Assembly (NCBI RefSeq): GCF_006345805.1
Contig: NC_043004.1
Coordinates: 16,492,001 to 16,556,000 of the forward strand
Reading direction: 5' to 3'
Length of the DNA stretch: 64,000 bases
Origin: Octopus sinensis
Lineage: Eukaryota
Part shown: positions 39,868 through 52,935 of the stretch, piece by piece
Position numbering within the stretch: position 1 is the first letter of the stretch
How the letters are laid out: each line of letters opens with the position of its first letter
The notes under the pieces: generated by a model
What the model saw: the letters and a program-made list of their open reading frames with translations, nothing else
Told to the model about the DNA's origin: nothing
The model's database searches: none
Translations under genes and position numbers: made by a program

Positions 39868-40834
39868 TGCGAGTAACACGTCAGCACCTTGTTTTTGCTC
39901 TATGGTCCCCGTATCTGCACACATATGTTTGTGTGTTTGTGTTGTGTGTGTGTGTGTGTGTGTGTGTGAATATTTAATGGATGGGAACCCGAAAATATGT
40001 AATGAAACAAAATTTAGAAACTTCCGTCGTATTGTTGAATGTCAATACGTGAAAGTAAAAGCTTGACAAGTGTGGCCTGTAGAGAAAACACGAGTTATAG
40101 CAGTATTCACTATCAAAGATGGAGGACAAAACATATGACAGAAGAACATAAAGCATAAATACACTAACACCATTACAATGATATATAACACGGTATGTTT
40201 TATATAAGCGTCTCTTAAACGAATCATTTTACTTTAGAGCGCGACTTCAACTCACACACTTGAATTATGAGCTGTGAAAGAATTGTGCTTAGAAAACACT
40301 AATTGTTCATATTCCAGTAAATATGCTAAATAAACATTTTCTTTTATTGTTCAAAGATCACGTGTAATAAATCATATTCATAATTTATGGCAGAAATCCC
40401 ATTATTTTGAAGGGGCTACTTTTGATAATAACATGGACTCCTGAAGTTAATGAGATTTTATGCTATCGAATATATAGAAAGTAATGGTGTGATTTGAACT
40501 CTGAACGTAAACTGTGAGAATAAATACCGCCTGATTGTAATATTATTTCATGCATCTCAAGAAGTTATTTCCCGGCTATGTCTTCCTTGAATCTGATAGC
40601 GAACGTTAACGTCACCATAAATCCAAGCAAGAAAAGAAAGCAAATAAATATTACGAAAATGGTGCCCATGGGTTCAAGTCTGCCTCTTAAACCGGTGAGA
40701 TATTTAATGTTTTGACAAAAGTTTACAATAGTAAACTCATTCTTTTAAATAAGGTATAACGAAACTTCGGGAGTTGCTATGGCGTGCGCGTAACATAAAC
40801 GATAATGATAACGATAATAAAAAGTAGTAGTGGT

Positions 40835-40965
40835 TCAAATCTTGGCAGAGGGCCAGCGAATTTTATGAAAGGTAAAAAGTTAATACATGAAACCCAGGAC
40901 TTGACTGGCAATTATTTTATTGACCTCAAAATGATGTAAAGCACAATCGATTTACTGTGATATTC
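40835..40965 (-). mobile_element. SINE family B fragment (old)
   Basis: Degraded TTTTATTGACCTCAAAATGATGTAAAGCACAATCGA core. Confidence 0.55.
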
Positions 40966-41859
40966 CAACGATTCTGCCGTAGTGACAATGTAATGAAGTT
41001 TAAGCCTCTGCCATAGCATTTTCTAATGTATTATTTGTTTTGTTCACCGTGTTGTATCACATAATGCTACCTTTATTCCTCTGCTAAATATCGCCGGATT
41101 AGAATACTAACAGATGGAACTGGGTTACTAATGACAAGAAATGCTATGACAAAGCAACACGTCTCCATTTGCAATGGATTAGTTTTAGATTACGACATAT
41201 GCGTCAACTTGAATCTGTTTGAGCCGATGATATACTGGAGGCTATTGTCGCCCAGTTGAATAAACTATCTAGTCACTTTTCTTTGGAATCCATCAACTAG
41301 CTTAAAGCAATATTTACCAGATTAATATCAATAAGGTACTTGAGGCTATGAAACCGACGGAGAAGATTAGAATGATTTCTATGAAGTGCAGTTTTTCTTT
41401 GATAGAAGTTAGAAGCTATTATCTTTTAATGATTCATTCAAAAATCTTCATCACATGATGCCTTTCAATGGAGAAATGTGCCCTGACACATTTTTGTACA
41501 GCACATCAGAGGTAGTTTTGTGGTTAGTATCGTTTGTTGATATGAAAGCTTTGCAGTATATCCCCAAAAGTATATAATTCTGTATCTCTGAACACTGAAT
41601 TGAACATTTCATTTGAACCCAATATACATATGATAGTTCTCGATCGATAGAATGCCACCATTTTATTAAACTTACATTCATCCAATTTGTCTCTTTAACC
41701 CTTACAATTTTATGAGTATAAGATAACGGGAAAGAAATCCATCGTTATGTTTATTACTCATCTCATTCACACCTACGTGTTTCCTGTTGTATCTAAATAT
41801 CAATGATTCTATTGGCTTGTTCAAGAGAAAGAGTCCACTAGACTTTAATAGTCCGCATT

Positions 41860-42290
41860 ACTATCACAACTGAGACGACTCAGATAATATTTCACATGAA
41901 TCGTTGTATGGTGATCACAACAGAGTAAAACGTCAGCAAAGGCAGAGTATGGAAGTGTGGAACTACAGGTAAGGACAGCCTGTATTATAATGGCTTGCGT
42001 GATGTTCCATTGGACTGAGGCTGAAGATGAACACAATGTGGGCAGCAGACATGAGCATAGGCGAGTGAGTTGAGAAATCCGAGTGGAGATGACACAAGTC
42101 TAGTCAGAATATAGGAGAAGATACCTTTAGGTGCAGAAGACAAAGAAGAGTGGAGAGACAGATTGTCTGTGAGTGTATCGAGTTTCTGTTGGATACAGTA
42201 CAGCAATATCTGGATTATTTGCAAGATGTTAGGATGCGGTTTCGAGGTGATTTACCTTCTAAATCTTGAAAGTGAGTGAATCTATAAAGG
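41860..42290 (-). pseudogene. Decayed CR1/L2-like LINE endonuclease region
   Basis: Minus strand gives NNPDIAVLYPTET and LPYSAFADVLLCCDHH, resembling DILALSET and ANIVV.GDFNAHH. Confidence 0.5.
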
Positions 42291-42689
42291 TACCCATCTT
42301 GGGAACGTATTTGTTTATTTATTAGATATTTGTAAATAATTTATTAAGTTCTAATTCATAAAAACACGTTTGACGGTTGATGTTTGCAGGTGGAGTTTGT
42401 AGCCATGACAGCCAACAGCAACACGAATCGGTGAGGCACCTTAAGGGCAACGCAATGAGCTTTTCTTTGATATGTCACGCTCAGCAACAAAACATTTTAA
42501 TGCCATCATGCTAGGAAATCTGTGTATGAAATTTGTCAGAATCTATGTCCTCTAGGAAGTTTATCTGCCAACGGAAAGAAACACCACCGACTGCAAGAAT
42601 CCAAAACATAACAGAAACTACGCAGGGACAGTGGTTGAAAATAAAAGCAAGCCACTAACATTATACTAGCATTCATTATGTTTTTATTA

Positions 42690-42727
42690 TACATATAGTA
42701 ATATATATATATATATATTATATATAT

Positions 42728-42792
<65 letters not shown>

Positions 42793-42808
42793 ATATATAT
42801 ATACATAT

Positions 42809-42851
<43 letters not shown>

Positions 42852-42900
42852 ATATGTATATATATATATGTATATATGTATATATATATATCTATAATAT
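42690..42900. repeat. Long interrupted (TA)n microsatellite
   Basis: Directly visible. Confidence 0.95.
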
Positions 42901-43235
42901 CACGTATACATACATGTGTGTTCATGTGGGTGTGTACAGTATATCTGAAAGACACGAACTTCATAAGGTAGATACACGAACTACTGAAAGCAAAATAAGA
43001 TGTAAAACAAATATTAAGCCGAAATACATTAGCAAATAGGGAAAACTTGAAATAAAAAAAAATAAAGTAATATTAGAAACACGAAGAAAAGTATTCATAC
43101 GAAATTACAAATCGAAAGTTCCAAGTGAAACGGGATAAAGCTTCCGCAATAATATAAATGCATGTATATATATACATACTATACACACACATATGCGTGT
43201 ATGTATGTATAAACATATACATATGTGTCTGTGAA

Positions 43236-43281
<46 letters not shown>

Positions 43282-44138
43282 CATATCTTTTTTATATTAT
43301 GTATTATATATGTATGGGGGCATTGTATGTGTATGTGTTTATTCCTGAGTGTGAACATGTGCGTAGGTTTGTGTGTATTCTACAATATAGACCAAATACA
43401 CACGTAATATGTGGCATTTCATGAAAAGAATGAACGCAAATTACGACATTCAATTATAAAAGGAATTCGGTAACATTACAGTTGTAGTGATGACAGGTAA
43501 CAAGATTATCAGGTTCTATTCACTATTTCACTCTGGAATCAAGCATCGAGTTTGACATATGTCAAACTTAGCAAGGCACAATAGGACGTAATTTTCTCAT
43601 GAGAAATTTATGGATAATTGTGGTTTCAACATGTTAAACTCTGCCAATCCAAGCCATATCTTAGCGTTAAGATATCCATCAAGTGCTGATCCTCTCTATC
43701 AGAAAAAGGCATCCAACATATGATTCTTCATTGATTATATGGTTATTTATATATAATCTGACAGTAAATTAGTGTTCAATTGTGCAAACGATTAATTAGA
43801 TCTATTGCAAGATAGTATTACAGTCACCTAATCAACGATATGTGCCAGTTTGTATCATTTGTAGGAGAAAAAGGAAATTAGCAATTTAACAGGGGTATGC
43901 AGTGACAATTTGAACATGAAGAATTATTTGATACATCCTGAGTAGCCTCACATATGAAAATATTTCTTGAATATCAAGAATGATTGTAACGAGACATGAT
44001 AAAATGCTAGAGCCTGGATTTACATGATTTTTCGCCTGTTCTTCGAAACGTGAACTTTAACTGCTTACGTTGATGAGAGGGATGGTTACGATATTATCAA
44101 TACATACATGCATACATAAGTTCATACATATATATATA

Positions 44139-44229
<91 letters not shown>

Positions 44230-44230
<1 letters not shown>

Positions 44231-44375
44231 CCGCCTGTGTACCGTTGGCGATTTTTTTTCCTCTGTCTTCCCTTCTCTAGATCTTTCCTTCTCCTATGTT
44301 TCCGACGAAGAGCTCCAATAATACTATATTTGTTCCACGTCCTCACGTTGTTGTGTTTTCATGTTTGGATTAACT
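44230..44375 (+). repeat. Microsatellite-flanked interspersed repeat (ACCGTTGGCGATTTT.. family)
   Basis: TGTGTACCGTTGGCGATTTTTTTT recurs in reverse complement at about 62920-62943. Contains CCGACGAAGAGCTCC. Confidence 0.6.
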
Positions 44376-44382
44376 ATATATA

Positions 44383-44458
<76 letters not shown>

Positions 44459-44714
44459 AGATGCGTTTGGGTGAAATTTGAGAACCGTGTTATGCAGATA
44501 AGTTATAGTGTGTGATTAAGAGATGACTGCATCTGTGCAGTAGAGAATAGAGTGGCTCTTTTTTGAGGACAGAGAACAAATATAGGATGTAACTTTAATT
44601 GGTATATCGAAGGCCTTCGTGTCATGTGAAACAATATTTTGAAAGGTAGGACAGTCTCGCTCTTTTGAGATCAAAGTAACACTTTTCGGCTGATGTATGT
44701 ATATACTCACAGAA

Positions 44715-44865
44715 AATAAATGTTCCTTTCTACTATTGCATCGACTCCGAAAGGACGAAACGCAAAGCCAATCTCGGCGGGAATTTTGAACTCAGAACGT
44801 AAAGTCAGACGAAATGCCGCTAAGCATTTTGTTCGGCATGCTAACGGATATGGCAGCTTGACGCG
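44715..44865 (-). mobile_element. SINE family B 5' part
   Basis: TTTGAACTCAGAACGTAAAGTCAGACGAAATGCCGCTAAGCATTTTG. Confidence 0.85.
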
Positions 44866-44896
44866 TTTCACTGAATATAAATAATCATTTCTCTTA

Positions 44897-45319
44897 TAGC
44901 CGGAGGAGTGGCTGTGTTGTGAGTAGCTTGCTTACCAACCATATGGTTCCGGGTTCAGTCCTACTGCGTGGCACCTTGGGCAAGTGTTTTCTACTATAGC
45001 CTCGGGCCGACCAAAGTGGATTTTGTAGACGGAAACTGTGAGTGAATTTAGTAGACGGAAACTAAGAGAAGCCCGTCGTATATATGTATATATATGTATG
45101 TGTTTATGTATATGTTTATGTGCCTGTGTTTGTCCCCCAACATCACTTGAAAACCGATGCTGGTGCATTTACGTCCCCGTAACTTAACGGTTCGGCAAAA
45201 GAGACTGTTAGAATAAGTACCAGGCGTACAAAGAATACGTCCTGGGGTCTATTTGCTCGACTAAAGGCGGCGCTCCAGAATGGCCACTGTCAAATGACTG
45301 AAACAAGTAAAAGAGTAAA
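44897..45319 (+). mobile_element. SINE family A, full-length copy nested in a family B element
   Basis: Colinear with the 9198 copy and lies between the 20-bp direct repeats at 44866-44885 and 45490-45509. Confidence 0.92.
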
Positions 45320-45489
45320 GGTACAAGACTAGCAATTTTGGGTAAGGCGGATGTTAGATTACTTCGACCCCATTGCTCAACTGGTACTTATTTCATCAAC
45401 TCCGAAAAGATGAAAAGCAATGTCAACGACGGGATTTGAATTCAGAACAAGGACGAAATGCCACTCAGCATTTCTGACAGCTTAGCACC
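45320..45489 (-). mobile_element. SINE family B copy interrupted by family A
   Basis: TTCGACCCCATTGCTCAACTGGTACTTATTTCATCAACTCCGAAAAGATGAAAAGC. Confidence 0.82.
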
Positions 45490-46479
45490 TTTCACTGAAT
45501 ATAAATAATGAACAATATTACAGCACGAATCATTTTATCTTTTTGAAATGTTAACATGGAAGAAAAATTGACGTGGACTCAACTAACCATGTTAATATTC
45601 TGTTGCAAAGAAATCTAGTCGAATTAATCTAACCATGACATTTTTGTTAGTGTTGCTTAGAGAAACGCAAAATAAAATAACTTTAATAATAGATGAACTG
45701 TGTCACTGAAAAACAATAGATTTTCTGTTCATAAACCTTAATAAAGCTTAATAATTTCGTTTGATATCAAACTTATAGTTGTATCTATGTATGAATTTGT
45801 TAAATTGTTTCAAAAAAAATATTTGTTTGCGGTGGCTTTCAGATTACAAATGGATTATGACATTTTGTATATATTTTAAACCATAGTTCCTAAACTCACC
45901 ACAACCGAATTAGCTTACAGAAATTTCTCTGTAAGATTTTAAGGGGACGCTAAAGTAATTTTTAATCAACTACGAAACTTCTTAACGGATTGTAATAACG
46001 TTTTAAAACGTAATTACCGGTACAATGCTTGAGGGTTGAACTTTAGATTCAACATTTGGAAGAAGCGTTTGAGATGTACTCAGAGCAACACATTTTTTGT
46101 TCTCTTGCATATTTTTCAAATTTTAATTATCTAATTTATGTGCTTACATTTCTAATTTTCTGCTTCTCATTTCATTTTTAAATTCAGTATAATATGTCTG
46201 ATACAAGGAACTTTTCCTCCTTACTGCTGTACTGTAACATGAACATTGTAGACAAGCACAGAATGTACGAATATCGCATTTTGATGGAGTAATACTAAAT
46301 CTTCATGCAATTTGCTTGTCACTCTTCGTTATTGAAACTATTCGTAGTTTTTTATTCTTGCCATTTACTATAACCTCTTGCTTGTCCATCTTATATATAC
46401 GATTTCCTACTAGACTATTCTACACAGTCATATAAATCATATACCTAGACGTTTCTATTCTGTAAAGGAGGCAGATGTC

Positions 46480-46880
46480 AAGCTAGTTAGTACGCTGGAG
46501 AAAATGTTTATCAGCATTTCTTCCAGGTCTAAGATTTAAGTTCAAACTCTCTTAAGGCTGCCTTTGCTTTTCGTTCTTTCGGTGATCAATAAATGTATCA
46601 GTTGGGTGCTGGGGGCCTCGTAATTGATTATCGTTCTTTCCCCAAATGTCTGGCCTTGTGCCTATTGTAGAAAAAATTAGTGTTGTTCGGTATGCTTGGA
46701 GTGTCGTTACTGCGTCGCACAAAGTGCATAGCTGTACTTTTTCCAGTTCTTTACGTCCTGTGTTCAAATTCCACCGAGGTCGACTTTCAGGATCAATAAC
46801 ATTAATACCAGTTAAGCACTGGATTCAATATTCTTAACTTCCACTTCTCGTATTTCCTGATCTTGTGTCAAAATTAAAAG
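46480..46880 (+). mobile_element. Two tandem SINE family B copies
   Basis: Core motifs at about 46540-46670 and 46750-46870. Confidence 0.75.
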
Positions 46881-49009
46881 GGCAATTTTTGTTTATCACT
46901 TTGATATATTTCGCTAAGACTGACTATCAATAATGGCGTCTTTTAAATTCTAAGAATACATCATCAATATTTTCTCTTCTATTTGAAGTTTGCTTGTTGT
47001 TACATGAGAGGAAATTTGTATGCTGCAACGTAAGTTTGGCACGATTTCGAATAGGTCGAGCGACCATACAAACACAACCTCTTGTGTATTCACTAGCAAT
47101 ATATTGATGTGATGTCTTCTTTAGATATAAAAATAATTTTAGATTTTCAACAGTAAATGAGTACATAAAGCTTAAACACTAGGTACATATGAAATAATTT
47201 AATATAACACGAAAAGTAATTAAAATAATAAAGGTTAAATAATAGAATATAAAGAATTTTAGTCAGGAAATAATTGACAGAGCTTTAGTGTTAATTACAT
47301 TAGCAAAGACAAAATTAATTTCATCTTGATTGTTTCAATTATCGAGCATTTATATTTCCTTCATTTCTCAATAGTTTATTTATATTGTTTTCCATTTTCT
47401 CTTCGATTTAATTCTGTTGTTTCGTAAATAAAAACAAAACGCTGTTTCTATCAAAATGTTTTCTAGGGTAATTGTTATTGTTTTCGGAACGTTCTGGATA
47501 GTTTACATCTTCGTCATTATTGCTATTGTTCCTTCTACTACTATTACTACCACCAGCTTCACCACAACAACTACTGCTATTAATACCACTAATATTATTA
47601 CTACTACTAAATCACTACAAATAGCGAAGGATATAACAAAATAAGTTTATATGCACAACAGTAAATTCCTGCAATAAATGCGTAACATTAGCAATAAAAG
47701 AAGTTATCTGATTTTAGATCCAAATGCTACTCATTCTAGGAGATATTTATTCCGCTTGTCTGTAATTTCGTGAACCAGTGAAAGCACATTGCTGGAAGCG
47801 TTAAAAATGGATTAATAGCAAACATTACAAGAGGTAAAGATTTAATAGACCAAATACAAGGAATACTGCCTTTCTATAACCATGACATAAATATGTTCCA
47901 AGAATTCATAGTCCTCACATTAAACATTTTTCTTACGTTGAGCCGTTTGCAATGAAGGTTTTCATTTTATATCAAATAAATTGTTGCACTTACATTTGTA
48001 TCGATCTATGAGGCCGCTATTCAAAAGCTCTATAATTAAGGCACTGTAAAATAAATATAAATCCTGGAGGTATATTTAAAATCTTTTATGTGAAATATAA
48101 AAGAAAAAACTGCATCATTTTACACATTGGTCTTAGCATACGTTCAAATATCTGAGTTATAGCCATACACATCATAACGATATAGGAAAACAAGATTTTG
48201 TTGTTGTATATTAGTTTATATAGGTTATTTGAAAACAACCTTGTTGGCATTCCTCGCTCCTTATGCTCTTCAAATTTGCAATGCCATGATAATGCGTTCA
48301 TGAAATAGATATACAAACACACATGAGAAAAAGATAAACACAGTGCAAACTCAGTTCACACAAGCAACACATATGAAGCCAATATGATATGCGTGCATAG
48401 GGTACGTGTGCCTGTGTGGGCGAGTGTTTGTGCGATACACAGTTCAAACTGAGCTACACAAGGCATGTTTCAATTTGTCGAATCATTCCGCAGGAAATTT
48501 CCATAACTAATAAATTTCTTTGAGTTACGACCCATGCGTATGTGAAATAAGTGTAATGGAATGTATTAACCATGAATACACACACATTAGGAAAAACTTG
48601 AGTGTATTTATTTTTTATGAAAACCTTCTAGAAATCTAGATATTTCATAAACATAGATATTTCATTAACTGACAATGCAGCAGAGAAATTCTTGTGATGC
48701 CTTGCTCTACATATGTATCAATCAGCGCCGAATGTATATCGTAATAGAAGGGAACAAAAGAGAGTAAGGAAGCTTGCGCGTTGCTATACAACCAAAACAC
48801 ACTGTTTTACCTGAGAATGTTCTGAAAGGGAAGATAATCATAGAGACTTTAAAGTATCCAGGGACGATTTAGGGGATAAATATACACGAATAAAGCTCAT
48901 AAGCAGTCACGTAAATTAGTCTAATCGATGTATTTACAATAGAGGTTATAATGCAGGTAGGTAGAATTTAAATAATGTTAGAGAGAATACTTGTATGAAA
49001 TAAATAATG

Positions 49010-49217
49010 AGTTTGGAATATCAGGTAAGAAGTTTGTCTCTCAACCACATGGTTCCAGATTTAGTCCCACTGCGAGCACCTTAGGTAAGTGCTTTCTATT
49101 TAACCCTCGGGCCAACCAAAGCCTAGTAAGTGAATTAGGCAGATGGAATTTAAAAGAAGCCTGTCATATATATATTTGCGTGTGTGTGAGTGTGTATGTG
49201 CGTCTTTGTGTTTATTT

Positions 49218-49257
<40 letters not shown>

Positions 49258-49470
49258 CTTTGTGTATGTGTACATCCTCCGCCACAGCTTCATACTGGTG
49301 TTGATGTGATTACGTCCCCGTAAACTAACAGTTCAGCAAAATAACCGATGGAATATATGTCCATGCTTTTGAAAAAATAATACTGCACTCCATTCACTGC
49401 ATTAAACTACAATTTCTTCAAGTTGGTGCTGCAGCATGGCCAAAGTCTAATGACTGAAATTACTAAATGA
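49010..49470 (+). mobile_element. SINE family A, diverged copy
   Basis: CAACCACATGGTTCCAGATTTAGTCCCACTGCG.. and tail GCAGCATGGCCAAAGTCTAATGACTGAAA. Confidence 0.85.
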
Positions 49471-49484
49471 AATTTATATATATA

Positions 49485-49531
<47 letters not shown>

Positions 49532-49952
49532 TTTTACGCGTATATACATATATATATTACATATTACATATACGCGTGAAATTCATTTCCTCATGATGAA
49601 TAGCATTTATAATGAATTTTTTAATATAACGCCTGTTTAAACAACAATACAAAAAGTATTCATAAAATAAATACGTTAAATTGAACATTAAGGTAAAGAA
49701 AAGGGAAACGTAATTGAACACCAAGCAACCAAAATTTCACACAATGACGAAAACAAAAATTCTCACAATAACGAAAAAAAACTCATAACAATTCGACAGT
49801 TTTCTTCTCCTCACATGTCATTTGAGTGAAATACTAATAGTCCTTGGAACACAAGAATACAGCCCCTAATTTCTTAACTGCTGCACGTGCTATTTCGAAA
49901 ACACACACGTCATAATTTGAATATCGATATGCAAACAGCATGGACATGTATC

Positions 49953-49958
<6 letters not shown>

Positions 49959-50026
<68 letters not shown>
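49959..50026. repeat. (CT)n microsatellite
   Basis: Pure dinucleotide array. Confidence 0.98.
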
Positions 50027-50030
<4 letters not shown>

Positions 50031-51241
50031 CTCTGAGGCGTACTTTGTGTCGCTCTTAAGACCAAATATCAGGATTATTTAAGTACAGGCAACATTTTCA
50101 TATCTTCATCTGTATTATTGTTTTATCTTATCTAATTTACATTGTTGCTATTACTCATTTCATTCTTATATTTTCTAGTCAAGAAAATATTTGGATGTAC
50201 AATAAGAAACAGTGGTGTCAACCATTCAGAGGATATGTTGGCAGAAAATATTACCAAGAAAGAAGACGGCAAGTGTCTAATTTTGCAAATGCAAATTGAA
50301 TTAGAATGTTTTATTTTGGTTTTGCGAAGTAGAGAGTACGAACCATAAATTGAATGAAATCCATCTTTTACTGTGAGTTTGCGTAAATCACGAAAAGCAT
50401 AACTTTTCACATCATCAAAATGCTAGAAGCTGATGATTCCAGTGGAAAAGGGACAACATTTTGCTGTATTTCGATGGAGTTAATCACCATAGGTTGAAGT
50501 TCAATGAAAATTGTGGTCCGAAATGAAAGCCTCACGCGGTTTTTTTTTTTGCTTTACAATTATATAAAAATCATAAGCGTTCTGATTTAAATCTGTTTAT
50601 ATCGCGCGTGTTCCAGTTTCACACTTCGCTGTTCCATTTCATTACAGTTCCAAATGGGAAACAGAGAGAATCTGAATGATATAGAAGCAACATCTATCTG
50701 GATACACATCCGAAGTACATTTCCATATAGGTCATATCCTTACATGCTGAAATAAGGAAAGAATTCTTACCGTAGGGCATCTTCTCAAGAAATGGATGTA
50801 CATTCCTTCCAATGTCCATAAGTCACGACATTAACTTATATGGCCCTTGCTAAACTATTTCATTGGATGTCATTATAAATGTTTCATTTCTTCAGATTCC
50901 AGATAAATGCCTAAAATTTCGTACTGTTCCTTCTAACCTGGTTTCGAAATGAATAACTGTGACCGTGATATCAAACTTTAAAGTTCATCTTCGTATATAT
51001 TCGACACTGGATTTTCGCTCACGTAATCCTGAAACGCAGCCGCTAAACAAACACACACACACGCATGTAAACACACGCACACAAATACAAATATATAAAT
51101 AGAAATGCATACACAACATGCTATCCTAAAAAACCTAATTATCGCGTAAACCCAAGCAAGACTTTAACCCAACAAAGACTATATAAAACCAAGATTAAAT
51201 ATAATATGTGTGTGTGTGTGTGTGTCTGCATATATATTTTC

Positions 51242-51275
<34 letters not shown>

Positions 51276-51380
51276 ACAGTTGGAGCGCGGAAGGTGATAA
51301 CAAACCCTTTTTAAAAAATTGTCTTTGTTCCAGCACACAATCTCAGGTCAGGTCACTTGCTATGCAAGTACAACTCCAAC

Positions 51381-51412
<32 letters not shown>

Positions 51413-51439
51413 ATTATGTATGTATTATGTATGTATGTA

Positions 51440-51560
51440 GGTGAAGGTGCATTGCTCAGTGATTAGAGCGTTGCGCTTATGATCGTGAGGTTGTGAGCCC
51501 GAATCCAGGACCTGGCTGCGTGTTGTGTTCTTGAGCAAGACACTTTATTTCACGTTGCTC
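51440..51560 (+). mobile_element. SINE family C 5' part
   Basis: GCTCAGTGATTAGAGCG..TGTGTTCTTGAGCAAGACACTTTATTTCACGTTGCTC, homologous to the 24050 copy. Confidence 0.8.
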
Positions 51561-52224
51561 GTAACAACTACGAATGGTGCTCGGCTGGCTACTCACCTGG
51601 CGGAAGATCCCTTAATTATTTGAAGGTTACACTGCCATTAAGAAATCCCAATTACACATGCGGGGGTCACCTGTGCAGTTACCTGTGCAGAGTCTGATGA
51701 TCCCATGGTTATATTAAAAACATTTGTTGAGTCGGCTCTCTGCCAGTCACTCTCCTACGCGATGATGTCTGTCTTTCTGTATTTTTTCCCCTGACGAAGG
51801 AGGTATTATCTTGATGCACCCTAGTGCTTTAAACATAATGATACACACTTGAAATGGTTTCCTCTTTTTTAACTATAAGGCTTCTTTTATTTGAATAATT
51901 TTATAAGATTTCTAAACGATGAACTTTTATTTTATTTACATGATATATATTATATATTTTTTATATGACTCCTATATATATATATATTATATATTTTTAT
52001 ATACCTATATATTTTAATATATTACTTTATATTATATTTTTACTTTCTAGATGTTGTAATTTTTTTTTTAAATGTATTTTTCTGAATCGCTAAAGTATTA
52101 ACTCTAAACAGTGATGAAGCTTCTTTCTCGCACCTTATTATATGCTTATTGCTTGTACAGATGAATTATGTTCCATCTTGCGGGATGTTTAAATGTATAT
52201 TCTATGATTAAATGCATTTATTTG

Positions 52225-52237
52225 TTCTTTAACCTTG

Positions 52238-52292
<55 letters not shown>

Positions 52293-52334
52293 TATATATA
52301 TTCATATATATATATTCATATATATATATTCATA

Positions 52335-52381
<47 letters not shown>

Positions 52382-52558
52382 TATGAATATATATGAAATA
52401 TACTATATATATATTCATATATATTCATATATATATATATACATATATATATATATTCATATATATATATATACATGAAATATATAAATAAATACACACA
52501 CACATACACTCATGCACAAACACATACACACACATATATATATATATGTATATACATA

Positions 52559-52596
<38 letters not shown>

Positions 52597-52620
52597 TAAA
52601 TATATATATATATATGTATG

Positions 52621-52653
<33 letters not shown>

Positions 52654-52662
52654 CTATGTGTG
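52225..52662. repeat. Long interrupted (TA)n/(CA)n/(TG)n tract
   Basis: Directly visible. Confidence 0.95.
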
Positions 52663-52788
52663 TGTTGAGATGTACTTGCATAGCAAGTGACCTTGTCTCA
52701 GATCGTGTTCTGGAACGAAAACAATTGCAGCGAGGAAGATATTTATAAGTCATTTAAGAAACACAAAAACCGTAAGATTCACTTAACA

Positions 52789-52935
52789 TTTGAATTTAAT
52801 TTGCCAAAATATTTTCGTCGCTTTGAGAGACCGCCACATGTTCACTGACAAAATTCCGTGCAGCACGAAGTTTTGTCAGTGAACATGTGGCGGTCTCTCA
52901 AAGCGACGAAAGTATTTTGGCAAATTAAATTTAAA
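52789..52935. repeat. 147-bp near-perfect palindrome (73-bp arms, 1-nt centre)
   Basis: Pairing by hand gives 69 of 73 Watson-Crick pairs about A52862. Confidence 0.97.

Noticed and set aside
40588-40703. Small plus-strand ORF MSSLNLIAN..LPLKP ending at a GTGAGA donor
   Set aside because: No homology or second copy; within chance expectation for this composition.
50428-50450. Other CTGA(T/A/C)GA hits (16512, 25840, 50430, 51692, 53568 and 50890 minus)
   Set aside because: None has a paired stem II followed by GAAA plus a valid UH site.
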